Source: an uncultured Acidobacteriaceae bacterium (GTDB taxonomy: Bacteria > Acidobacteriota > Terriglobia > Terriglobales > Acidobacteriaceae). From it: DNA of 64,000 nt. The DNA lies in the NCBI GenBank assembly GCA_963763975.1, contig CAVXQR010000016.1, forward strand, positions 240,442-304,441, given 5' to 3'. Positions 24,960 to 34,088 of this stretch are shown here, piece by piece; position 1 is the stretch's first letter, and the number at the start of each line of letters is the position of its first letter. The translations under genes and the position numbers were made by a program. A model generated the notes under the pieces. That model had not been told where the DNA came from, searched no databases, and saw only the letters and a program-made list of their open reading frames with translations.

Positions 24960-26318
24960 CTACATCCCCGGCATTTTCATTCCCGCCATGCGCCGGGCGA
25001 AGCTGGGCTTGCCCATGCTCTTGAACATCTTGCGCATCTGGGCGTACTGGCGCAGCAGGTGGTTCACTTCCTGCACGCTGGTGCCGGAGCCGCGCGCGAT
25101 GCGCTTGCGGCGGCTGCCGTTGATGACCTCGTGATGCTCGCGCTCGTAGGCGGTCATGGAGTTGATGATGGCCTCGACGCGGGTGATCTGCTTCTCGTCC
25201 ACCTTGTCGGCGGCCTGCTGCATGTTGGCGAAGGGGCCGATCTTGGGCATCATGCCCATGATGCATTGCAGCGAGCCCAGCTTCTTCACCTGGCGCAGCT
25301 GATCGCGGAAGTCTTCCAGCGAGAAGCCGTCGCCGCTGAGCGCCTTGCGCGCGAACTCTTCCGACTTTTTCTTGTCGAGCTTGGCTTCGGCTTTCTCGAT
25401 GAGCGAAAGAATGTCGCCCATGCCGAGGATGCGGCCGACGATGCGGTCGGGATGGAAGGGCTCGAGGGCGTCGTACTTTTCGCCGATGCCGATGAACTTG
25501 ATGGGCTGGCCGGTGACGTTGCGGATGGAGAGCGCCGCGCCGCCGCGGGCATCGCCGTCCATCTTGGTGAGCACCACGCCGGTGAGGGTGAGCTTGTCGT
25601 GGAATTCGTCGGCGGAGTTGACGGCGTCCTGGCCGGTCATGGAGTCGGCGACGAAGAGAATCTCCTGCGGATTCAGCAGCTTCTTCAGCGACTGCATCTC
25701 GTCCATCAACTGCTCGTCAATGTGCAGGCGGCCGGCGGTGTCAACGATGAGCACGTCGCAGCCGTTGTTGATGGCCTCGCGCCGCGCTTCTTTCGCCAGC
25801 CGCTCGACCGTGGCGGTGTTGGACTCGCTCACCGTGCCTTCGTAGAGCTGGGCCTTGATGGCCGCGGCGACAACCTTCAACTGCTCGCGCGCGGCCGGGC
25901 GATAGACGTCCACCGAAACCAGCATGGGACGATGGCCGCCCTTCTTGAGCCAGTGCGCCAGCTTGCCCGAGGTGGTGGTTTTGCCGGAACCCTGCAGGCC
26001 GGCCATCAGCACGACGGTAGGCGGCTGCGAGGCGAACTTGAGCTTGGCCGTGTCTTTGCCGAGCAAGTCGATCAGTTCGTCGCGAACGATCTTGACCACC
26101 TGTTCGGCGGGCGAGAGCGCGGTCATCACTTCCTGCCCAACGGCCTTCTCGCGAATGTGGTCGATCAGTTCCTTGACCACCTTGAAGTTGACGTCGGCTT
26201 CCAGCAGCGCCATGCGGATTTCGCGCAGCGCTTCGCCGATGTTCTCTTCGGTCAGCGTGCCCTGTCCGCGAAGGTTCTTGAAGGCGCGCTGCAGTTTGTC
26301 TGTAAGGTTCTCAAACAT
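24960..26318 (-). CDS. ffh: Signal recognition particle protein Ffh
   Basis: N, G (GLQGSGKTTT, DTAGR) and M domains conserved; 452 aa. Confidence 0.95.
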   Translation of the reverse strand: MFENLTDKLQRAFKNLRGQGTLTEENIGEALREIRMALLEADVNFKVVKELIDHIREKAVGQEVMTALSPAEQVVKIVRDELIDLLGKDTAKLKFASQPPTVVLMAGLQGSGKTTTSGKLAHWLKKGGHRPMLVSVDVYRPAAREQLKVVAAAIKAQLYEGTVSESNTATVERLAKEARREAINNGCDVLIVDTAGRLHIDEQLMDEMQSLKKLLNPQEILFVADSMTGQDAVNSADEFHDKLTLTGVVLTKMDGDARGGAALSIRNVTGQPIKFIGIGEKYDALEPFHPDRIVGRILGMGDILSLIEKAEAKLDKKKSEEFARKALSGDGFSLEDFRDQLRQVKKLGSLQCIMGMMPKIGPFANMQQAADKVDEKQITRVEAIINSMTAYEREHHEVINGSRRKRIARGSGTSVQEVNHLLRQYAQMRKMFKSMGKPSFARRMAGMKMPGM

Positions 26319-26382
26319 TGTCAGGAGTCCAAATCACAGGCTGGATGGGCGGAATTTGCGCTTCCGCCGTGACTTCAGAATA

Positions 26383-27402
26383 TCACGCAGGCTCGATGAT
26401 CCGCTTCCTTGCCGCGCTCATTACCTGGGCGGCCGCCGCTACAGTGTTGGCGTGGATGGTTACGGTGTCCTCGAGCTGCATGGCGTAACCGCCGGCGTAG
26501 GTCACCATCACCGGGATGCCGCGTGCCTGCGCGGCGCGGAACAGCAGCAAGTCGCGCCGCTTCAGTCCCTCGATGCTCAAATTGAGGCCGCCTAGCTGGT
26601 CCTCGCGATAGGGATCGGCGCCAGCGACATAACAGATCAGCTCCGGCTCAAACTGCCGCAGGCCGGAGCTGAGCGCGTTGTCTAGCCAGGCAAGATAGTC
26701 GGCGTCATTGCAGCCGTCAGGAAGGCCCACGTCAATGGACGACGCCGGCTTAACGTAAGGATAGTTGTCCTCCTGATGCAGCGAAATCGTGAAAACGTCC
26801 CTCACCCGACCTGGCCTGACGTTCGTGGCCGGCTGATGTCCCAGCACCGGCGCCGAGCCTGAGGGCAGCGGCGCCGCAGGACGCGCGGCGTTGCCAAAGA
26901 TAACGGCAGTGCCGTTGCCCTGGTGAACGTCGCAATCCACCGTCATGGCGCGACGGATCAGCCCGCGCTTCTGCAGCGAGCGGATGGCGACGGCGAAATC
27001 GTTGATCATGCAGAAGCCTTCGCCGTGGTCGGGAAAGGCATGATGGAAGCCGCCGCCCATGTTGACCGCGACCCCGTCCTTCAGCGCCAGTTCGGCCGCC
27101 AGCACCGAGCCGCCGGTGTGCAGCATGAAAGCGTCCACCACCTGCGGCGAGTAGGGAATCTCCATCTGCAGCTCTTCGCGGGCGCTCAGGGTGCCTTCCA
27201 TCAGCTTGCTCACGTAGTGCGGCGAGTGCACCAGCATCACGTCGGATTCGGCGGCCGGCTGCGGCTCGACGAAATCCGATTCGACCGCCAGGTGCTCGGC
27301 CAGCAGGCGCTCCCGAACCAGGCGGTATTTGTCGGCACGAAAGACGTGCTCGCCGATGGGAAGAAAATATTTCTCGCTATAGATCAGTTTGAAGGGCAGC
27401 AT
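26383..27402 (-). CDS. Histone deacetylase-family amidohydrolase (AcuC/HDAC-like) with Ala/Pro-rich insertion
   Basis: HHAFPDHGEGFCMINDFAVA, DCDVHQGNGT and GGGY motifs; start at MLPFKLIYSEKY; ~30-aa low-complexity insert between DVHQGNGT and FTISLHQ. Confidence 0.8.
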   Translation of the reverse strand: MLPFKLIYSEKYFLPIGEHVFRADKYRLVRERLLAEHLAVESDFVEPQPAAESDVMLVHSPHYVSKLMEGTLSAREELQMEIPYSPQVVDAFMLHTGGSVLAAELALKDGVAVNMGGGFHHAFPDHGEGFCMINDFAVAIRSLQKRGLIRRAMTVDCDVHQGNGTAVIFGNAARPAAPLPSGSAPVLGHQPATNVRPGRVRDVFTISLHQEDNYPYVKPASSIDVGLPDGCNDADYLAWLDNALSSGLRQFEPELICYVAGADPYREDQLGGLNLSIEGLKRRDLLLFRAAQARGIPVMVTYAGGYAMQLEDTVTIHANTVAAAAQVMSAARKRIIEPA

Positions 27403-27543
27403 GGACCGAGCGTTCGAGGTACCAGACGAACCCTTGATTCTAGACCTCGCCGTCACGGCGGCGAACAGTTTTCTTCTTTGTGCCAGGCCGGAGACGCCAA
27501 TCCGGGCGGGTTCCCGCCGATTTCATCGCCCCCGTGATTTACC

Positions 27544-28416
27544 ATGCTGACGATGGCCTCTGCCGTTCAAATCGCCTCGCTGCGCCGCGTTGCCGGACAT
27601 AACCTGCTGGCCACCGCGGGCGCGGTGATGGTGGTGCTGCTGGTGATCTGCGCAGTCTTCGCGCCCTGGCTGGCGCCGCAGGACCCGGCGCGCATTGACC
27701 TGCCGGCGCGGCTGCTTGGCCCGTCGGCCTCGCATTGGATGGGCACCGACGAACTCGGCCGCGACGTTCTGTCGCGCATCATTTTTGGCGCGCGCATCTC
27801 CATGCTGGTGGGCGGATGCGTGGTAGCTGCGTCGCTGACGCTGGGGCTGATCTTCGGCTCTATCGCCGGCTATTACGGCGGGCTCACCGACCGCCTGCTG
27901 AACGTGGTGGTGATGAACGCGTTCATGTCGTTCCCGGGAATCCTGCTGGCCATCGCCTTCGTCGCGTTTCTGGGGCCGGGCATTTTCAATCTGGTATTCG
28001 CGCTGTCGCTGGGCGGATGGGTGGGCTATGCGCGACTGGTGCGCGCCCAGGTGCTGGCGGTGCGCGAGCGCGAATTCGTGGAAGCCGCGCGGGCCTTGGG
28101 CGCTAGCGACCTGCGCATCGTGACCAGGCACATCCTGCCTAACATTATTCAGCCGGTTATTGTGCAGGCGGCCATCGGCATGGCGGGCGCGATTCTGGCC
28201 GAAGCCACCATGAGCTTCCTCGGGTTGGGCGTGCCGCCGCCGGCCGCAAGCTGGGGCACCATGCTGAACGATGGCCGCGCGCATCTGTTCGACTCGCCGC
28301 ACCTGGTGGTGTTTCCTGCGATTGCGGTGATGCTGGCGGTGCTCTCGTTCAACTTCATCGGCGATGGGCTGAGGGATTATCTCGATCCGCGGTCGAGGAT
28401 TGAGGTGGGAATATAG
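27544..28416 (+). CDS. ABC transporter permease (DppC/OppC-type)
   Basis: 6 TM helices; binding-protein-dependent transporter EAA-like region (EAARALGASDLRIVTRHILPN). Confidence 0.85.
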   Translation: MLTMASAVQIASLRRVAGHNLLATAGAVMVVLLVICAVFAPWLAPQDPARIDLPARLLGPSASHWMGTDELGRDVLSRIIFGARISMLVGGCVVAASLTLGLIFGSIAGYYGGLTDRLLNVVVMNAFMSFPGILLAIAFVAFLGPGIFNLVFALSLGGWVGYARLVRAQVLAVREREFVEAARALGASDLRIVTRHILPNIIQPVIVQAAIGMAGAILAEATMSFLGLGVPPPAASWGTMLNDGRAHLFDSPHLVVFPAIAVMLAVLSFNFIGDGLRDYLDPRSRIEVGI

Positions 28417-28453
28417 ACGGTTGTCAGTTGTCCGTTGTCGGTTGGTCAGTTCC
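28417..28453. repeat. 7-nt array (GTTGTCN-type) between convergent permease and vapC stops
   Basis: ggttgtc agttgtc cgttgtc ggttggt cagttcc. Confidence 0.7.
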
Positions 28454-28463
28454 GATTCCCAAG

Positions 28464-28877
28464 CTAACTAGTCTTGAATGGATTCACAATCCGCACTGCG
28501 AAGTGCGCGAAATCGGCTTCATTTCTCGTGGCAATGATAAGGTCGTACACGCGGGCCGTGGCTGCAATCATTGCATCGCCAAAGAGGTCGGGGGACTTGC
28601 GGTCAAAAATCCGAGCCCATTCCCGAAAACAATGCGTATCCATCGGCAGCACCTGAGCCGACGCCACAACATGATCAATCCAATGCTCCAGTTCGCCAGC
28701 TTTTTCCGGATTCTGTCGCCGGGTCTTCTCCGCTCCCGCCTGCATTTCTCCTAGCGTAACGGCAGACAAGAAGAGCTGGTTTGCGTCTTGCTTGTCGAGC
28801 CAAGCGAGAACGGCCCCATGCGGCCGCGCCCGGCGCAGCTCAGAAATTATGTTGGTATCCAGGAGATATCGGTTCAT
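28464..28877 (-). CDS. vapC: PIN-domain toxin VapC
   Basis: Start MNRYLLDTNIISELRR; PIN acidic residues; 4-nt ATGA overlap with upstream antitoxin. Confidence 0.8.
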   Translation of the reverse strand: MNRYLLDTNIISELRRARPHGAVLAWLDKQDANQLFLSAVTLGEMQAGAEKTRRQNPEKAGELEHWIDHVVASAQVLPMDTHCFREWARIFDRKSPDLFGDAMIAATARVYDLIIATRNEADFAHFAVRIVNPFKTS

Positions 28878-29131
28878 TCGAATTCCGGGATTGGGCGACT
28901 CCGCCATTTACGCCTGTCGGGAAGAGGAATATCAAAACGGGGAGAGGGCGCCAAAAGCAGTTCCTTCATGTTCGGCCGGGCCGCTTGCTGCAGCCGGCGC
29001 CACTCCGCAATGGGAACGAGGACAGCCGTTTCGACACCTCTGCGAGTTACGATTTGGGGTCCTTTTTTAACACTGGCTTCCAGAAATTCGCTGAAGCGGG
29101 CCTTCGCATCCTGCACTGGCCAGGAACTCAT
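28874..29131 (-). CDS. Phd/YefM-type antitoxin
   Basis: MSSWPVQDAKARFSEFLEASVKKGPQIVTRRGVETAVLVPIAEWRRLQ typical Phd/YefM N-terminus; start at internal M. Confidence 0.7.
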   Translation of the reverse strand: MSSWPVQDAKARFSEFLEASVKKGPQIVTRRGVETAVLVPIAEWRRLQQAARPNMKELLLAPSPRFDIPLPDRRKWRSRPIPEFE

Positions 29132-29295
29132 TGGGACATCTCCTCCTGCTGCACCGTTTATTATACGCCTAGTCAGATGACTAGTCAGAATAAAACAGTC
29201 GTTTGGCGAACCGCTGCTTATGCAGATGTGCGCGCACGTCAGGGGCCGGATGGTCGCCGGTTGCAACGAACGGGATTCTCGCGCATCCTATCCGC

Positions 29296-29832
29296 ATGAC
29301 CAATGAGACTGCAATTCTCGGGGGCGGATGTTTCTGGTGTGTCGAGGCCGCGCTCGGCCAGTTGCAAGGCGTCGAGTCGGTGGTTTCCGGCTACATGGGC
29401 GGACGCACCGCCAATCCCACCTATCAGCAAGTGTGCTCGGGAAGCAGCGGGCACGTCGAGGTGGCGAAGATCACCTTCGACCCCGCGGTCATCAGCTTCA
29501 ACGATCTGCTACACGTGTTCTTCTCCATGCACGATCCGACCACGCTCAATCGCCAGGGCAACGACGTCGGCGAGCAGTATCGTTCGGTCATCTTCTACCA
29601 AGGTGAAGAGCAACGGCGCACGGCCGAAGCGGTCATTCGCGAATTGACGGAGGAGAAGGCCTTCGACAAGCCGATCGTCACCGCCATCGAGCCGGCGACT
29701 ACTTTTTATCCCGCCGAGGACTATCACCAGAATTATCTCGCCAACAATCCCATGCAGCCCTACTGCATGTTCGTGGTCACGCCCAAGGTGCAGAAGATCC
29801 GCGAGAAGTACGCCAAGCGGGTGAAGGCGTAG
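29296..29832 (+). CDS. msrA: Peptide methionine sulfoxide reductase MsrA
   Basis: AILGGGCFWCVEA active-site motif; start at MTNETAILGGG. Confidence 0.9.
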   Translation: MTNETAILGGGCFWCVEAALGQLQGVESVVSGYMGGRTANPTYQQVCSGSSGHVEVAKITFDPAVISFNDLLHVFFSMHDPTTLNRQGNDVGEQYRSVIFYQGEEQRRTAEAVIRELTEEKAFDKPIVTAIEPATTFYPAEDYHQNYLANNPMQPYCMFVVTPKVQKIREKYAKRVKA

Positions 29833-29980
29833 CTGTCAGCTGTCGGTTGTCAGTTGTCAGTTGTCCGTTGTCGGTTGTCAAGCCCCAATTCTTGACCTTG
29901 CAAGTGCTGCCCATCCCCAGGGCCGTTGGCTAAAAGCTAAGAGCTAAGAGCTAAGAGCTGACAACTGACGGCTGACGGCC
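29833..29980. repeat. Two 7-nt arrays of opposite polarity (TTGTCAG x7 and CTAAGAG/CTGACNN x7) with potential to form a long stem-loop, after the msrA stop
   Basis: ctgtcag ctgtcgg ttgtcag ttgtcag ttgtccg ttgtcgg ttgtcaa ...(spacer with ttgacc)... ctaaaag ctaagag ctaagag ctaagag ctgacaa ctgacgg ctgacgg. Confidence 0.75.
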
Positions 29981-30016
29981 TCCCGGCTATCCCCTTGATT
30001 CGACGCCAAATCAAAT

Positions 30017-30060
30017 CCTTGACAATTGCTGATTGCAATATCATAATTGCAAATCGTAAT
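30017..30060 (+). promoter_or_regulatory. Sigma70-like promoter (TTGACA-17-CATAAT) overlapped by three ATTGCAAT palindromic half-sites, upstream of the XRE gene
   Basis: ccTTGACAattgctgATTGCAATatCATAATTGCAAatcgtaatATG; ATTGCAAT is self-complementary and repeated. Confidence 0.55.
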
Positions 30061-30552
30061 ATGAAACTGGGAGAGAAATTACGATACCTGCGGCTGGTCG
30101 AAGGCACCCTCCGCGGCCTGGACCGCGAGATGACCCAGCAGGACCTGGCCCGCGCACTGAAGAAGGAACTGGGCCGCGGCCTCAGCCAGTCTTACCTGTC
30201 GCAAATCGAGAACGGCTCGCGGCCGCACCTGACCAACGCCTCCCGCATGTTGCTGGCGCGTTTCTTCAAGGTGCATCCCGGTTACCTGGTGGACGATCCC
30301 GAGGGCTTCCACACTGAACTGACCAGCGACCTGAGGGCCACCGAGGACCGGCTGGACCTGTGGCTGATTGGCGGCGCCGAACAGTTCTCGCGCGACGCCG
30401 AGTTGAGCCGGGCCCTGCTGGAGTTGGCCAAGCATCATGACACTCGCAAGTGTTTGGTGCTGATGGGCGCCATCCTGGAGACGCCGGAGCTGGTGGAGCG
30501 GCTGGCCGAGGTGCTGAAACCCGGGCTGCGCGCGGCCGGAGGTGGGTTATGA
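30061..30552 (+). CDS. XRE-family helix-turn-helix transcriptional regulator
   Basis: N-terminal HTH (EMTQQDLARALKKELGRGLSQSYLSQIENGSR); C-terminal ~100 aa unassigned; stop overlaps NfeD start (ATGA). Confidence 0.7.
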   Translation: MKLGEKLRYLRLVEGTLRGLDREMTQQDLARALKKELGRGLSQSYLSQIENGSRPHLTNASRMLLARFFKVHPGYLVDDPEGFHTELTSDLRATEDRLDLWLIGGAEQFSRDAELSRALLELAKHHDTRKCLVLMGAILETPELVERLAEVLKPGLRAAGGGL

Positions 30553-31154
30553 CGTGGGCGTTGTTTTACCTGGTGTGCTTTCTGGTGGGGGTAACGCTGA
30601 GCGTGCTGTCGTTTGTCGGCGGAAGCTGGCACCTGCCGCACTTCCACGTGCATCTGCCGCACGGAAATCTGCCACATGCGCATGTGCCGCACGGCGCAGG
30701 ACATCCCGCGGGCGGCGGCCACGGCGCGGAGATGCCGTTCATCAACTTCGCCACCATCACCGCATTTCTGGCGTGGTTCGGCGGCTCGGGCTTTCTGCTG
30801 ACGCGCTATTCCATGCTGGCAGTCACGGCGGTAATGCTGATCGCGATTGGCTGCGGACTGGTGGGCTCGACGGTGATCTTCTGGTTCGTCGCCAAGCTGC
30901 TGATGGAGCACGACCGCGAGTTGGATCCGGCGGACTACGACCGCATCGGCGTGCTGGGACGCATCAGCAGCCCCATCCGCCAGGGCGGCACCGGCGAGAT
31001 GATTTTCTCGCAGCAAGGCACCCGCCACACCTGCGGCGTCCGCAGCGATACCGGCGAAGCCATGGCACGCGACGAGGAAGTCATCATCATGCGCTATGAG
31101 AAAGGGATTGCTTATGTACGGAAGTATGAAGAAATGGCGAAAGACAGGGGCTAG
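30549..31154 (+). CDS. NfeD-like membrane protein (short form) with His-rich loop
   Basis: 2-3 TM helices, C-terminal OB-fold-like segment (GVLGRISSPIRQGGTGEMIF...VIIMRYEKGIAYVRK); loop HLPHFHVHLPHGNLPHAHVPHGAGHPAGGGHG; precedes SPFH gene as in NfeD-SPFH operons. Confidence 0.7.
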   Translation: MTWALFYLVCFLVGVTLSVLSFVGGSWHLPHFHVHLPHGNLPHAHVPHGAGHPAGGGHGAEMPFINFATITAFLAWFGGSGFLLTRYSMLAVTAVMLIAIGCGLVGSTVIFWFVAKLLMEHDRELDPADYDRIGVLGRISSPIRQGGTGEMIFSQQGTRHTCGVRSDTGEAMARDEEVIIMRYEKGIAYVRKYEEMAKDRG

Positions 31155-31310
31155 GGACTAGGGGCCAGGGACTAGGGGCTAGAGACTCGGGACTGGGACT
31201 CGCAGTCAGCTGTCAGCCGTCAGCCGCCCCGAGCTGAAGGCTGAGAGCTGAGAGCTAATAGCTAAGAGCTAATAGCTAAGAGCTAATGGCTGATGGCTAG
31301 TTGCTAATTG
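31155..31310. repeat. ~22-unit 7-nt array filling the NfeD-flotillin intercistronic spacer (consensus drifts GGACTAG, then AGTCAGC, then AGCTAAG)
   Basis: ggactag gggccag ggactag gggctag agactcg ggactgg gactcgc agtcagc tgtcagc cgtcagc cgccccg agctgaa ggctgag agctgag agctaat agctaag agctaat agctaag agctaat ggctgat ggctagt tgctaat. Confidence 0.8.
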
Positions 31311-31332
31311 CAGCTTTTTCCAAGGAGGCACT

Positions 31333-32805
31333 ATGGGTTTCCACATTCCAACCGAAGCACTGATCATTGCCTGGACGCGGTTGCCGCGCTCCTGCTGCTG
31401 ATGGCGGTCTTCGCCAAACTGTATCGCAAGGCCGGACCCAACGAAGCGCTGGTGGTGTATGGCTTCCGCGGTCCTCGCATTATCAAGGGCCACGGCACCG
31501 TCATCATGCCCATGGTGGAGAACTGCCGCGAGCTCTCCCTGGAGCTGATGTCCTTCGACGTCGCGCCCCAGCAGGACCTCTACACCAAGCAGGGCGTGGC
31601 CGTGACCGTGGAAGCGGTCGCGCAGATCAAGGTCAAGTCAGACCCGGAATCGATCATGACGGCGGCCGAGCAGTTCCTGACCAAGACGCCGCCCGATCGC
31701 GAGGCCTTGATCCGCCTGGTGATGGAAGGCCATCTGCGCGGCATCATCGGCCAGCTTACGGTGGAAGAGATCGTCAAGCAGCCGGAGATGGTGGCCGACC
31801 GCATGCGCACCACCTGCGCCGACGACATGAACAAGATGGGCCTGGAGGTGATTTCGTTCACCATCAAGGAAGTGCGCGACAAGAACGAATACATCACCAA
31901 CATGGGACGTCCGGACATTGCGCGCATCAAGCGCGACGCCGACGTGGCCACCGCGGAAGCCGATCGCGATACCGCCATCAAGCGCGCCATCGCGCTGCGC
32001 GAGTCGGCCACTGCCAAGGCGCAGGCCGACCAGGAACGCGTCGCTGCCGAAACCGCTTCCCTTGCCCGCCAGGCCGAGGCGCAACGTGACCTCGAAGTGA
32101 AGAGGGCCACCTACAACGAGATGGTGAAACGCCAGCAGGCGCAGGCCGACAAGGCGTACGAGATCCAGACCAACGTGATGCAGCAGCAGGTGACCGCCGA
32201 AGCGGTGAAGGTGCAGCAGGTGGAGAAGGAGGCGCAGGTCAAGGTGCAGGAAGCCGAGATCAATCGCCGCGAGAAGGAGCTGATCGCCACCGTGCTGAAG
32301 CAGGCGGAGATCGAGCGTCAGCGCATCGAGACGCTGGCCGACGCCGAGCGCCAGCGCACCATCGTGGAGGCCGAAGGCCGCGCCAGCGCCATCCGCGCGC
32401 AGGGCGAAGCCGAAGCCGAGATCATCTTCAAGAAGGGTGACGCTGAGGCCCGCGCCATGAACCTGAAGGCCGAGGCCTTCCAGGAGTACAACCAGGCCGC
32501 GGTGGTGGACAAGCTGACTCACCGGCCTGCCGGAAGTAGTGAAGGCGCTGGCCGCGCCGTTGGCCAACGTGGACAAGATCACCATCGTGTCCACCGGTAA
32601 CGGCCATTCCGCCGGGATGAACAAGATTACCGGCGACATTGCCGAGATGGCGGCACAGGTGCCGGCGCTGTTCGAGGCGCTGTCGGGCATGCAGATGTCG
32701 GAGCTGCTGGGCAAGATCCGGACCATCGGCGACAAGAGCCCCAAGCCGGATCAACTGCCGCCAGGAGATGACGGCAAGTCGAAAGCGGCCGGCGCTGGGA
32801 AGTAG
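31333..32805 (+). CDS. Flotillin/SPFH-family protein (YqiK/FloA-like), interrupted by two 1-nt indels (~31376 and ~32517)
   Basis: AAGGAGG RBS then ATG 31333 (MGFHIPTEALIIA) in frame 1; body LLLLMAVFAKLYRKAGPNEALVVYG...SPFH domain plus long EA-rich coiled coil in frame 0 (ORF 31308..32600); C-terminus LTGLPEVVKALAAPLANVDKITIVSTGNG in frame 1 (ORF 32539..32805). Confidence 0.8.
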
Positions 32806-32954
32806 ATGGCTTTGAAAGGGCACGGCTTCAGCCGTGCCGTTAGCGGCCCAGGAAGACTGGGCTTTAGCCCCTGCGGATTTGGAAAGGGCCTACGGCAAAT
32901 GCCCCGCCCTAGCCAAAACCAGGCTAGAACGGGGCACCCAGGTGGTTTTCTCGC

Positions 32955-33015
32955 TGGCGAAGAGCGAATGGCGAATAGCGAAATCAAGCTGACGGCTGAC
33001 AGCCGAGAGCTAAAA
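32955..33015. repeat. 7-nt array (GCGAATN merging into CTGACNG and AGCTAA) between flotillin and pspA, next to a partial family-B element (32901-32948)
   Basis: tggcgaa gagcgaa tggcgaa tagcgaa atcaagc tgacggc tgacagc cgagagc taaaagg. Confidence 0.7.
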
Positions 33016-33025
33016 GGAGCTGGTT

Positions 33026-33685
33026 ATGGCATTACTGGATCGAGTAGCAACCCTGGTACGAGCGAACCTGAATGACCTGGTGGATCGCGCCGAGAATCCG
33101 GAGAAGATGCTGAAGCAGGTCATCCTCGACATGGAAAACCAGTTCATGCAGGTGAAGACGCAGGTGGCCATCGCGCTGGCTGACCTGCACCTGCTGGAGA
33201 AGAAGCGCAAGGAAAATGCCGACAAGCACGCCGACTGGATGCGCAAGGCGGAGCTGGCGGTGGACAAGAAAGACGACGAACTGGCGCGCGCGGCGCTGGA
33301 GCGGGCAATGAGCTTTCAGCAGACGACTGAGAGCTTTGCGCAGCAGATTGCCGACCAGCAAGTGCAAGTGGAGTCGCTGAAGACGGCGCTGAAGAAGCTG
33401 GAGCTTAAGCTGGCTGAGGCGCGTGCCAAGAGCGATCTGCTGATTGCGCAGCATCGCCGCTCGCGCACCGCCAATCGCGCGGCCGCGGCGCAGGCGGGGC
33501 CGTCGGGCGAGAACCGCACCTTCGAACGCATGCGCACCAAGGTGCAGCGCGAACAGGCGCTGGGCGAAGCTCACAGCGAACTGATGGGCGACGACGTCGA
33601 AGGCCGGCTGCATGCCATGGAGCGCGAAGAGAAGATTGACGCGCTGCTGGAGGAGATCAAGTCGCGGAAGCGGCTGAGCGCGTGA
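33026..33685 (+). CDS. pspA: PspA/IM30-family membrane-stress protein
   Basis: MALLDRVATLVRANLNDLVDRAENPEKMLKQVILDMENQ canonical PspA N-terminus; 219 aa coiled coil; AAGGAG RBS. Confidence 0.85.
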   Translation: MALLDRVATLVRANLNDLVDRAENPEKMLKQVILDMENQFMQVKTQVAIALADLHLLEKKRKENADKHADWMRKAELAVDKKDDELARAALERAMSFQQTTESFAQQIADQQVQVESLKTALKKLELKLAEARAKSDLLIAQHRRSRTANRAAAAQAGPSGENRTFERMRTKVQREQALGEAHSELMGDDVEGRLHAMEREEKIDALLEEIKSRKRLSA

Positions 33686-33688
33686 GGC

Positions 33689-33733
33689 GGCAATTAGCAA
33701 TTAGCCGTTAGCCGTCAGTAATTAGTACTTAAC
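33689..33733. repeat. 7-nt array (GCAATTA/GCCGTYA) after the pspA stop
   Basis: gcaatta gcaatta gccgtta gccgtca gtaatta gtactta. Confidence 0.7.
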
Positions 33734-33872
33734 GCTGGGATGACCGGAAAGACGGCCTGTCATCCCGAGCGAAGCGCAGCGAAGTCGAGGGATTCTGCGG
33801 TTCGAGACGGCGAGCGCCCGTTGAGCGTCCCTCCCGCGCTACAATGCTTACAGTTTCACCAGAGGGATCGGA

Positions 33873-34082
33873 ATGCTGTTTCACGTTACGTTGACCCACG
33901 CCGAAGACGGCTGGATCGTCGCCGAATGTCCTGCTCTACCAGGCTGCGTATCGCAGGGCCGCGATCAAAAAGAGGCCCTCGATAACATCAAGGAGGCCAT
34001 CACTGCCTGGCTGTGGGCGGAGGACCAAAAAGCCCTGTTGGCCCGCCCTGACCAGGACACTTCGATCGTCGTGGCAGTGTGA
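33873..34082 (+). CDS. hicB: HicB-family antitoxin
   Basis: MLFHVTLTHAEDGWIVAECPALPGCVSQGRDQKEALDNIKEAI (HicB/UPF0150). Confidence 0.7.
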   Translation: MLFHVTLTHAEDGWIVAECPALPGCVSQGRDQKEALDNIKEAITAWLWAEDQKALLARPDQDTSIVVAV

Positions 34083-34088
34083 ACCTGC

